From contig CAZTVN010000003.1 of the NCBI GenBank assembly GCA_964617145.1, positions 1 through 41,506 of the forward strand: 41,506 nucleotides of DNA. Direction: 5' to 3'. Positions 1 to 10,425 of the stretch are shown here, in pieces (the first letter of the stretch is position 1; every line of letters begins with the position of its first letter). The position numbers and the translations under genes are program-made. Source of the DNA: an uncultured Candidatus Peribacteria bacterium. Lineage in GTDB: Bacteria; Patescibacteriota; Gracilibacteria; UBA1369; JACRIC01. The notes beneath the pieces are model-generated. The model did not search any database, was not told the DNA's origin, and saw nothing but the letters and a program-made list of their open reading frames with translations.

Positions 1-52
1 GCTCGAAATGGTAAAATTTCGTTACAACGTTATGTTTTTCAGCACCTCCTTT
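1..52. repeat. Right half of a family-1 hairpin repeat (GTTTTTCAG-CACCTCCTT end), truncated by the window start
   Basis: Nt 32-51 atgtttttcagcacctcctt is the exact reverse complement of 41453-41472. Nt 4-17 cgaaatggtaaaat is the exact reverse complement of 41486-41499. It resembles the right arms at 1006-1023, 6126-6143 and 14471-14485. Confidence 0.7.
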
Positions 53-133
53 ATTCTAACAAAAATTTCAAAAACTTCTAGGAATTTACCAATTTTTTAA
101 AATTTTTTCATTTTTTTCTGCTAAAGCAAGAGC

Positions 134-868
134 GTGCATAGCATTCGATTTTCCCAACTTTTTTACCAATTACGCTCTTTTTTGTTTGCGGTTTTGTTGC
201 CACAACAATGCTTTTCCTGTCGCAAAGAAGGACAATCTTTGTGTCATGAGTGTTTGGACCGTATCCCCTTTCAGGTTGTACAAATGTGTCCTTTGTGTAA
301 AAAACCAAGGCAGGATGGTACTTGTTGTCCTTTTCCTTGTCGAGAAATGAGCTTTCTCGATGCGCTTATTAGCGCTTGTCCTTATGTAAAGGGCAATATC
401 CTTTCTCAAGCTCTTTTCCGTTTTAAATATTTCTTTTTATCCGATATTGGTCATATTCTTGCTTACCTTCTTGTTCATGCTTTTGATATTCATCTTTCTC
501 AACTTACTGAAGATTCTCCGAATTCTTGGATTATTGTTCCAGTTCCACTTTCAAAATCACGGCTAAAATGGCGTGGATTTAATCAAAGTGAGATTCTGGC
601 GCAAGCCTTTTGTAAAGCTCGTAATTTTTCTCTTGTAAAAGCTCTTTCACGTTCACATTACGCAACTTCTCAAACGTTTCTCCATCGGCAAGATCGACTG
701 AAAAACGTATCATGCCAATTTTATTGCACGGTTTCACTTCAAAATATGAATGTTTTTATTATCGATGATATCTCAACAACCGGCGCTACTCTTCAAGAAT
801 GCGCTAAGGTTCTTAAAAATGCTGGATGTCGAAAAGTCGTAGGATTGGTGCTTGGCAGAGGTGTCTAG
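134..868 (+). CDS. comF: ComF family protein (phosphoribosyltransferase-like competence protein)
   Basis: 244 aa. N-terminal paired-Cys motifs (CFSC..CHEC, CPLC) and C-terminal PRTase loop IIDDISTTGATL. GTG start as in the ORF track. The TAG stop lies inside the TAGGGCC box. Confidence 0.8.
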   Translation: MHSIRFSQLFYQLRSFLFAVLLPQQCFSCRKEGQSLCHECLDRIPFQVVQMCPLCKKPRQDGTCCPFPCREMSFLDALISACPYVKGNILSQALFRFKYFFLSDIGHILAYLLVHAFDIHLSQLTEDSPNSWIIVPVPLSKSRLKWRGFNQSEILAQAFCKARNFSLVKALSRSHYATSQTFLHRQDRLKNVSCQFYCTVSLQNMNVFIIDDISTTGATLQECAKVLKNAGCRKVVGLVLGRGV

Positions 869-886
869 GGCCTGTGCACACAAAAG
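866..886. repeat. Family-2 box TAGGGCCTGTGCACACAAA(A)G, solo copy
   Basis: 19 of 19 nt identical to 31843-31861 and to the reverse complement of 32099-32117. It overlaps the comF stop codon. Confidence 0.7.
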
Positions 887-951
887 ACACTCCTTAAAAA
901 GACTTTTTTTTTGATTTGGAGTCTTATATGTCTTACAGTAAAAATGCACTC

Positions 952-1025
952 AAGGATGTACTGAAAAATTTGCAGCCGAAATTTGTAATTTTTAGTAGGA
1001 AGATAGTTTTTCAGACCCTCCCTAA
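952..1025 (-). repeat. Short family-1 hairpin repeat (about 74 nt)
   Basis: aaggatgtaCTGAAAAAtttgcagccgaaatttgtaa...gataGTTTTTCAGaccctccct. The reverse complement aligns with 6075-6118 and 41462-41506 (shared AAAAACTATCTT.CTACT..AATT.CAAATTTCGGCT). Confidence 0.65.
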
Positions 1026-1043
1026 CTAAAGTGTAGTCTAAAA

Positions 1044-2135
1044 ATGAAAATAGCTTTTGTTCATGATTTTCTCTTAAAACTTGGAGGCGCTGAACGCGTG
1101 CTTAAGGTTCTTTGCGATATGTTTCCTGATGCGCCTATTTACACTCTTCTTTATGATAAAGAAAATGTTGGCCATATTTTCCCCGAGCACAAAATACGGA
1201 CTTCTCATATCCAGACTTTTCCCAAATTTTTTCGAAAGCGACAAAAATACCTTTTACCCTTTTTCCCTGAAGCTATAGAGCGATTTGACTTTTCTCGTTT
1301 TGATCTTGTTTTGAGCTCAAGCTCGGCATTTGCTCATGGAGCGCTTACTCCACTTGGGACGAAGCATATTTGTTATTGCCATTCCCCCATGCGGTATGCC
1401 TATGATTGGTATCACGAATACAAAAAAGAACAACGATTGGGTTTTATCCGTTCTATGTTCGCGAGCTATCTGGTCCATAAAGTGCGAATTTGGGATCAAA
1501 GCGCGAAAGATAGACCCGATCAATATATTGCCAATTCACAAACAGTACAAAAAAGATTGCAGAAATATTATGGAGTTGATGCTCCCATCATTTATCCACC
1601 GGTCGATGTTGATCGTTTTCGTGTTCGCCATAGCCATGAAAATTATTTTCTTATTGTTTCTACTCTTACTCCTTATAAAAAAATTGATCTCGCTATTCGT
1701 TTTTTCAATACTCTGAATGAACGTTTGATTATTATTGGAGATGGTCCGCAGAGATCATATCTTGAGAGTATCGCGAATGAAAATATCGAATTTACAGGTT
1801 TTAAGCCTGATGATCTGGTGAAAGAATATCTTCAAAATTGTCGGGCATTCATTTTTCCGGGAGAAGAAGATTTTGGCATAGCTCCTGTTGAGGCAATGGC
1901 TTGTGGTAAGCCGGTCATTGCTTTCTCGCGTGGAGGTGTCACAGAATCAGTTATTGAAGGAGTGAACGGAGCATTTTTTCATTCTCCCACGGTCGAGGGT
2001 ATGAAAGAGGCTTTTCTCAGATTTCTTGAGAATGAAGGTCATTATGATGCCGATCTTATCCGTAAACAGGCTGAAAAGTTTAAACTTGAACGTTTTCAGA
2101 AAGAAATTTTGCGTATCATAAAGTGTAAGGACTAG
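1044..2135 (+). CDS. Glycosyltransferase family 4 (GT-B, retaining)
   Basis: 363 aa. C-terminal E-x7-E region FPGEEDFGIAPVEAMACGKPVIA is typical of GT4/RfaG-like enzymes. Confidence 0.8.
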   Translation: MKIAFVHDFLLKLGGAERVLKVLCDMFPDAPIYTLLYDKENVGHIFPEHKIRTSHIQTFPKFFRKRQKYLLPFFPEAIERFDFSRFDLVLSSSSAFAHGALTPLGTKHICYCHSPMRYAYDWYHEYKKEQRLGFIRSMFASYLVHKVRIWDQSAKDRPDQYIANSQTVQKRLQKYYGVDAPIIYPPVDVDRFRVRHSHENYFLIVSTLTPYKKIDLAIRFFNTLNERLIIIGDGPQRSYLESIANENIEFTGFKPDDLVKEYLQNCRAFIFPGEEDFGIAPVEAMACGKPVIAFSRGGVTESVIEGVNGAFFHSPTVEGMKEAFLRFLENEGHYDADLIRKQAEKFKLERFQKEILRIIKCKD

Positions 2136-2168
2136 GAGAAAAAATTGCCTTAAGCCTCAAAATAACAT

Positions 2169-4259
2169 TCAAGATGCCAAATAACCCTGAATAGCCGCGG
2201 CAACTTTTGAATATATATCTCGCAATTTAGCTTCATCATCTTCAAAATTGCAAACTCTGAAACCCAACAGTTTTCCTCTAAATCCACTCAAAGGACTGGC
2301 AACAATTCCGGTTGTGGCCATAAGATAAATCAAAAATCTTTCGTCCAATGGCTGATTACCATTTGAAGTTTCTCTTTCAACAAACGTGAGAAGACCATCA
2401 TTTTTGATTGGTAAAGATTGATGTTCATTCAAAACTCCTTCATCAAAAACAACGGTAGTGTACATAGCTCCATCCGGCATAATACATGAAACTCCATCAA
2501 TACCGTCGAAACATTCGGTAATCACTCTTGCACTGTTAAATAATCTCCTATTGAAACCTTCAAGAAAGCTTGGATATTCCGGATGTTGATATATATGAGG
2601 CAAAATTCTTTGAATGGATGTAGCCCCGACGCCTTCCTGCATGAGATTGAAATATGCCATTTTTATCTTTCGAAGCTGTGGATCTTCGTCAAAACCGTAA
2701 AATTCAGCACAACCGATCTTATCCCCGCATTTAAAAGCATCCTTCGAACCTGATCTATAACAAACACACGGTACATTCCTTCTGGAAGCAACAACTCCTA
2801 CAGAAACAAATCTTTTGCCTGGGGCAACGATCTGCCAATAAGTTTCATCGGATTCAATAATTAAGTTATATTTTCCGGCGAACTCACAAAGTCGACCTAA
2901 ATCCTCTTCCGACCAAATATGTCCGGTCGGATTAGACGGATTTACGATGGAAATCGTGCGAATCTTACCTTTGGAAGCCTTAATCTGCTCCTCCATATCT
3001 TCAAAATCGGGTTTCCAAACTCGTGCCTCCTTATCGAGACGCATATCACTACCGATTAATGTGGCGTTAGGATCAAACATTTTAGCAAAGGCTAACTCGA
3101 TGTCCGTTTGAACAGGATAACTTGGTAACACGTGTAAGATTCTGCCTGTGCGAGCAGTCGCCATTCTGAAATTGGATATGGCATGCGCGGCGCCATTCGT
3201 AGGGATAACATCACTTTTCTTTAAAACATTCACAACTCCGCAGGCTTGAGCTCTTTTTTCTGCTTCTTGTACATAATAATCCACAAATTCGTCCACCCCG
3301 CTTGTCGGAGGATACGAAGACATCTTATGATCAAAAAGCGCTAACAATTCATTCTCAGACACCACTTTTCCATCTCTAACTTTATCGGCTAATCCAAATC
3401 GTATTGCCAATTCAGTGAGAATAATAAAAGGAGGTTGTTGAACCAGATCCGGAACATTCCCAATATTTTGATAACTCAATTTAAGCTGTATGCCCTCAAG
3501 CTTACAAACTTTTTCCATCTCTGCCGCGATACCACCAATTCTCCGTAAGGCGTAATCAATATCAACCACGGATTGAGCGGCAACCGGATTATAGAAACCA
3601 CCATTTTTTAAACAAGTAACTTTCAATCGACGATCCATTTTTTTTTCTTCTCGTGCCTCCCCTTCTTGTCCATCCTCGGTTCCATTTCCAATTGCAGCAA
3701 CTTCAATAAAACCCCCTTCAATATACTTCATAAGGACCGTCAAAACCGAAGCGGGATAAGGAGGCGCCAAAATGATCGGGGCACTTTCCCTAGTCATCTT
3801 CCGAAGTCTTTCAAAAAAGCCTTCTTCTATCTCCTGCCGGTTCATCAAATCGCCACCCAATGTGCCCCTGCTTCTCCGCCTTTCATCACTATAGCAACTT
3901 TCCCCATTACTCGATGCGCGATCTAAACGTTGCAATCGTAAATCCGGATGCAGACCCACTTGAATATCTTTCAATTCAAAATCTTTCATACCCCCAACCT
4001 GACTGAAAAAATCTTGGTACAATCGACGGCGCTCCTCTCTTTCAGCAGTTGCCCCGATCCAACCCAATACATCTTCGACCAAAAGACCTTCGCTTGTCGG
4101 CGATTCAATAACAGAGTATGGCAACTGGGGATCACAGAGTCCTTCATCGAATGCTGCTACGCGCCCTCCGTCGTTTGCCAGGGACAAGGAAGTCTCATCA
4201 CCCCCTCCCGCACTCCCATCAACAAATTGTTCAGAGGGACTCATATATAGTGGCGACAA
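2169..4259 (-). CDS. PLP-dependent aminotransferase, alanine-aminotransferase (AlaA/ALT)-like, with an N-terminal extension of about 210 aa
   Basis: 696 aa. Motifs: YQNIGNVP (compare LNIGNP), IVNPSNPTGH, and SGSKDAFKCGDKIG (the PLP-lysine SxSK block of the ALT subgroup). The first 210 aa are acidic and low-complexity, with no aminotransferase similarity I can see. Confidence 0.75.
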   Translation of the reverse strand: MSPLYMSPSEQFVDGSAGGGDETSLSLANDGGRVAAFDEGLCDPQLPYSVIESPTSEGLLVEDVLGWIGATAEREERRRLYQDFFSQVGGMKDFELKDIQVGLHPDLRLQRLDRASSNGESCYSDERRRSRGTLGGDLMNRQEIEEGFFERLRKMTRESAPIILAPPYPASVLTVLMKYIEGGFIEVAAIGNGTEDGQEGEAREEKKMDRRLKVTCLKNGGFYNPVAAQSVVDIDYALRRIGGIAAEMEKVCKLEGIQLKLSYQNIGNVPDLVQQPPFIILTELAIRFGLADKVRDGKVVSENELLALFDHKMSSYPPTSGVDEFVDYYVQEAEKRAQACGVVNVLKKSDVIPTNGAAHAISNFRMATARTGRILHVLPSYPVQTDIELAFAKMFDPNATLIGSDMRLDKEARVWKPDFEDMEEQIKASKGKIRTISIVNPSNPTGHIWSEEDLGRLCEFAGKYNLIIESDETYWQIVAPGKRFVSVGVVASRRNVPCVCYRSGSKDAFKCGDKIGCAEFYGFDEDPQLRKIKMAYFNLMQEGVGATSIQRILPHIYQHPEYPSFLEGFNRRLFNSARVITECFDGIDGVSCIMPDGAMYTTVVFDEGVLNEHQSLPIKNDGLLTFVERETSNGNQPLDERFLIYLMATTGIVASPLSGFRGKLLGFRVCNFEDDEAKLRDIYSKVAAAIQGYLAS

Positions 4260-4433
4260 AAATAAAAAATGACTCTAAACTTAGCGCAATAATCCTTGAT
4301 AAAGAAGCCATTGTGTCGTTTAGCGTAACTATAATTAAGGATGAAAAAAAATCAACTCAAAATTGTTTAAAATTTATTATTAAATAATAAAAAAGTGAAT
4401 TTGCACCGACAATCATCGAACTTTTTTATCCAG

Positions 4434-4463
4434 TGGACATTTTTAAATTCTCTCTGTTATACT
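4434..4463 (+). promoter_or_regulatory. Putative sigma70-type promoter of dnaX (TGGACA, 18 nt, TATACT)
   Basis: -35-like tggaca at 4434-4439 and -10 tatact at 4458-4463, preceded by tgt. The -10 ends only 10 nt before the ATG at 4474. Confidence 0.4.
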
Positions 4464-4473
4464 CTGATTCGCT

Positions 4474-6051
4474 ATGACTGAAGATATTTCTCTTTATCGT
4501 AAGTATCGGCCTCAAACTTTTGAGCATCTTGTTGGGCAAGAACATGTCTCAACAACTCTTTTAAATGCGCTTCGGAAAAAACAGCTTGCTCATGCTTACC
4601 TTTTTTGTGGGCCCCGTGGTACAGGCAAAACTTCAACAGCAAGACTGGTCGCCAAGGGTTTGAATTGTAAAAATCTTCAAAAAAATGCTGAACCATGCAA
4701 CAGCTGTGATATTTGCATAAGCGTTAATGAAGGACGGCTTATTGATATTGTTGAAATTGATGCTGCTTCCAATCGCGGTATTGACGAAATTCGAGATTTA
4801 AGAGAAAAAATTAAATTTGCTCCGACTTATGCCGCTAAAAAAGTCTATATCATTGATGAGGTGCACATGCTTACCAAAGAGGCTTTTAATGCTCTTTTAA
4901 AAACACTTGAAGAACCGCCTATTCACGTCCATTTCATTCTTGCGACCACTGAATCCCACAAGGTTCCCGATACTATTATTTCTCGATGTCAACGCTTTGA
5001 TTTTAAGCGCATTATGCCTGCAACTATTGTCAAACGCCTCCAAACTATTGCGCAAGAAGAAAATATCCAAACCGATCCCCTCGCCCTTAAATTGATAGCC
5101 GATTATGCTGATGGAGGTCTTCGAGATGCCATCGGACTCATGGAACAGATGACGGCTTCTGGTAAAGTGACTTTTGAACATGTGAAAGAATATCTTGGGC
5201 TTTCGGGACTTAAGGAAATCGAGTCATTTATTGATCTTCTTTTGAAAAGAAAGATTACCGAAGCCCTTAATGCCATCAATGTTTTTTATCAGTCAGGGAT
5301 TGACCTCTCTCAATTTGTGAAAGAATGTCTTGATTATCTTCGCGAGGAATTACTTTCCGCTGTAAGTGAAGACAATGTGGAAGCTATATCCTTATTCATT
5401 CAACTTATATCACTTTTTCAGGAAGCGAATGAGGGGATTAAAAGTGCTATTATTCCTCAACTTCCTGTAGAAATGGCCATTATTAAAAGTGGTTTTGGCG
5501 ATAGAACTCATCGCCGTCTCGATACTCTGGAATCTCAAGTACCATCGAAGAAAATTTCGATTTCACCATCATCTATTTCTCCTAAAAAAGAAAGCTCTTC
5601 TGCGCCAACACCATCTCAAGAGGATGATTCTCGCGATAACCGAGTCATGCCATCTTCTTTAGAAACAGTAAAATCACAATGGCCTCGTGTACTCGATCAT
5701 ATCAAAACGCCTTCGCTTAAGCGTTCCTTAAGTTGTGGGATTCTTCTCGTGTTTGAAAATGATACCATCGATCTTGGATTTACCAGTCTTTTTCATAAAG
5801 AGAAAATTGAATCTATTGAGCATCAAAAGGATCTCTACGATGCTCTCTCTCAAGTCTTCATCTCACCTCTGAAAATACAATGCCAAATACTCGAGAGGAC
5901 TCTTGAGAGTGAATCTTCTGAAAATCTTTTCAGACAACATGCCGGGATCGAATCATTGAGCGGCGATGAATCGGTCGATAGTGACTCTATTGATGAAGAG
6001 GATGCTTTTATCGAAAAGGCGGCGAAACTGTTTGAAGGAGAATCTTCGTGA
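4474..6051 (+). CDS. dnaX: DNA polymerase III subunit gamma/tau
   Basis: 525 aa. KYRPQTFEHLVGQEHV, Walker A GPRGTGKTSTARL, DEVHMLT and the SRCQRF sensor motif. Confidence 0.92.
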   Translation: MTEDISLYRKYRPQTFEHLVGQEHVSTTLLNALRKKQLAHAYLFCGPRGTGKTSTARLVAKGLNCKNLQKNAEPCNSCDICISVNEGRLIDIVEIDAASNRGIDEIRDLREKIKFAPTYAAKKVYIIDEVHMLTKEAFNALLKTLEEPPIHVHFILATTESHKVPDTIISRCQRFDFKRIMPATIVKRLQTIAQEENIQTDPLALKLIADYADGGLRDAIGLMEQMTASGKVTFEHVKEYLGLSGLKEIESFIDLLLKRKITEALNAINVFYQSGIDLSQFVKECLDYLREELLSAVSEDNVEAISLFIQLISLFQEANEGIKSAIIPQLPVEMAIIKSGFGDRTHRRLDTLESQVPSKKISISPSSISPKKESSSAPTPSQEDDSRDNRVMPSSLETVKSQWPRVLDHIKTPSLKRSLSCGILLVFENDTIDLGFTSLFHKEKIESIEHQKDLYDALSQVFISPLKIQCQILERTLESESSENLFRQHAGIESLSGDESVDSDSIDEEDAFIEKAAKLFEGESS

Positions 6052-6062
6052 AATTCTCTTAA

Positions 6063-6143
6063 AAAGAGGCTTAAGAAAAACTATCTTACTACTTAATAAT
6101 TGCAAATTTCGGCTAAGCAACGTAAGTTTTTCAGATCCTCCTT
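6063..6143 (+). repeat. Short family-1 repeat abutting the folC-like start codon
   Basis: aaagaggcttaaGAAAAACtatcttactacttaataattgcaaatttcggct...GTTTTTCAGatcctcctt, immediately followed by the ATG at 6144. Confidence 0.6.
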
Positions 6144-7448
6144 ATGTCCCTATCCGAATCTTTTTCTTTCCTTCACTGCCTTAAAGATTTTCAGCAAGAC
6201 TTTCGATTTCGATACCATTCGGAGACTTTTGATTTGCGACACTTTCGAGCATTTTTAAAGCGCAGTAAGATAGAATACGATACCCTTCCCACTATTCTCA
6301 TTGGGGGATCCAAAGGGAAGGGCACTGTAGCAAATTTTCTCTCCTCTCTCCTTCAAGCGCATGGCAAAAAAATTGGACTTTTTTTAAGTCCTTATCTCTA
6401 CGATGTTACGGAGATGATTCGTCTTAATGGTAAAGCAATTTCCCGTGCTCGTTTGGCAAATATACTCAAAAAACTTCGTGGACATATTGGGGGTGGGGAA
6501 CTTTCTTTTTTTGAAATGATGACCGCTTGCGCCCTTCAATATTTCCACGAAGAACATGTTGACTTTGCCATACTTGAGGTCGGTATGGGTGGTGAAAAAG
6601 ATGCGACCAATGTTACCAATCCTTTGCTTTCTGTCATTACTTCGATTGAGCTTGAGCATACTCGCTTCCTTGGAAAATGTCTTTATGACATTGTTCAAGA
6701 AAAAGTCGGTATTTGCCGTTCTCATATACCAGTGATTTTGGGGCCGAATACTTCTTATGTCAGAAATCTTGTAAGGGATTTTGTCCAAAAATCTCCTCTC
6801 ATTGAAAGTAATGCGCTCTTTCCTTATAAAATTTTTTCCTTGACGGCGCAAAAAACCCGTTTTCAAATTTTTTTCAATGGAAAATTTCAGATATTTGATT
6901 TGTCTATTTGCGGAGAGGTATATGTTGAAGATGCGCTACTTGCCTTGACTGCTGCCTCTAAACTTCTTCCTAGCATAGATTTTCAGGCTGTTAGAAAGGC
7001 TTTTGTAGGGGTTCGCCTCCCTGCGCATTTTGAAGTCACAAGATTATCTGACAATCGCATCCTTATACTTGATGTTTTGCATACACCTTATAGTGCTCGC
7101 AGATTTCGGCAAACTTTGGATCGGGTTTTTCCAAAGAAAAAATTTTGTTTTATTGTAGGATTTAGCCGTGATAAAAAGCATCGGGCGATTTTACGATCTC
7201 TTGTTCAATCCAATGATATTCTTATTTTAACGCAATTTTCTTCACCAAGGTGCTACAGCGCCTCATTATTGTATAATTTTTTTATTCAAAATGGGCTGAA
7301 ATGGAATGCGAATTCCAAAATTTTTCTTGAAGAAGATCTTAGTAAGGCATTTCAGAAAATTTTTTCGTTTCCTAGTCAAGAGTATATTTTTTGCCTCGTT
7401 GGATCATTTTTTCTTTTACGTGAAGCCAAAAACAGAAATCTTATTTAA
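6144..7448 (+). CDS. folC: Folylpolyglutamate synthase/dihydrofolate synthase-like Mur ligase family protein
   Basis: 434 aa. P-loop IGGSKGKGTV and EVGMGGEKDATNV, typical of FolC. Confidence 0.7.
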   Translation: MSLSESFSFLHCLKDFQQDFRFRYHSETFDLRHFRAFLKRSKIEYDTLPTILIGGSKGKGTVANFLSSLLQAHGKKIGLFLSPYLYDVTEMIRLNGKAISRARLANILKKLRGHIGGGELSFFEMMTACALQYFHEEHVDFAILEVGMGGEKDATNVTNPLLSVITSIELEHTRFLGKCLYDIVQEKVGICRSHIPVILGPNTSYVRNLVRDFVQKSPLIESNALFPYKIFSLTAQKTRFQIFFNGKFQIFDLSICGEVYVEDALLALTAASKLLPSIDFQAVRKAFVGVRLPAHFEVTRLSDNRILILDVLHTPYSARRFRQTLDRVFPKKKFCFIVGFSRDKKHRAILRSLVQSNDILILTQFSSPRCYSASLLYNFFIQNGLKWNANSKIFLEEDLSKAFQKIFSFPSQEYIFCLVGSFFLLREAKNRNLI

Positions 7449-7538
7449 AATCTTTTCTTTTCTTTTAACTTTTCTCTTTTACTTTCAGGTTTATTTTCGT
7501 TTAAATAAGATAAGAATTATTTTTTAACATTAATTTCT

Positions 7539-7748
7539 ATGGCGTACTCACACCGAAACAGTAAAGGCCAGACCTACTATCTTCATATGAAGAATGTGAC
7601 CCTTCGTGGTGGCAGAAAGCAAATGATTTATTTCTTTGCTCGTGAAGTAAAACCAGGAGCTCTTGATGAACTTCCAGAAAACTACCAGGTAATGGAGAAT
7701 AAAAGGACAGGTCTTCCGATGCTTAAGAAAATGATGAAAAAGAAGTAA
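7539..7748 (+). CDS. Small basic hypothetical protein (69 aa)
   Basis: Isolated ORF with its own spacer, followed by a strong hairpin terminator. Lys-rich C-terminus. No function recognised. Confidence 0.5.
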   Translation: MAYSHRNSKGQTYYLHMKNVTLRGGRKQMIYFFAREVKPGALDELPENYQVMENKRTGLPMLKKMMKKK

Positions 7749-7767
7749 ACAATTTTGCATAATAGGA

Positions 7768-7846
7768 GAGGGCGTCGGCATACACATTTTTTGCGCTTCA
7801 AGGAATAAAGACGCTTAAAAAATGGTATGCCGCCGCCCTCTTTTTT
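7768..7846. terminator. Long rod hairpin, bidirectional terminator between the small ORF and ligA
   Basis: gagggcgtcggcatac (7768-7783) pairs with gtatgccgccgccctc (7825-7840) with 1 mismatch. Inner catttttt/aaaaaatg also pair. A T6 run follows at 7841-7846. Confidence 0.7.
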
Positions 7847-7858
7847 ATACTGAAGTTT

Positions 7859-9943
<2,085 letters not shown>

Positions 9944-9955
9944 TTATTGTAACAA

Positions 9956-10420
9956 ATGGATCCATCTCATACAAATCCTGGAAAACGCGGAGCTGTCTCG
10001 ATCTTCCAGCAGATTCTTCAAAAGAAATACAATCCTCTCTATGACGAGGCTACCAATGACCTTCCTATTGATCCAAAAGTTCAAGCAGAGGTTATCAATA
10101 AGCCTCAAGAAGATCCTGAAGGCGTTCTTCAAGAAGATGAAGCTTTTTTACAAAACGTTATTCACCTTATTGAAATCAAAAAAATTCAATTACATCTTCC
10201 CTCATCGCTCATCAATCAAGAAGTTTACGCGAAACTTTCGGAAGATATTCAAGGAAAAATCGATATGGAAGCTTTTAATATTTTGGCTTCCATTCGACAA
10301 ATTCATGGACTTTATATGCTCGGGCACACTCATAGCTACCAGATCAAAAATCTCGGTCATCTTGTACGCCTTCAAAAAGAACGCACTGAGGGCATACAGG
10401 GTGATGTATTTATTATTTAA
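9956..10420 (+). CDS. Hypothetical protein (ORFan operon gene 1)
   Basis: 154 aa. No TM segment or signal peptide. Tightly spaced with the next ORF (5-nt gap). Confidence 0.55.
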   Translation: MDPSHTNPGKRGAVSIFQQILQKKYNPLYDEATNDLPIDPKVQAEVINKPQEDPEGVLQEDEAFLQNVIHLIEIKKIQLHLPSSLINQEVYAKLSEDIQGKIDMEAFNILASIRQIHGLYMLGHTHSYQIKNLGHLVRLQKERTEGIQGDVFII

Positions 10421-10425
10421 TTTTT

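Noticed and set aside
5584-5590. A AAA AAG heptamer in dnaX as a possible tau/gamma -1 frameshift site
   Set aside because: The zero-frame codons are CCT AAA AAA GAA, so the heptamer is not in the X_XXY_YYZ register. I saw no downstream stem-loop or upstream SD-like stimulator.
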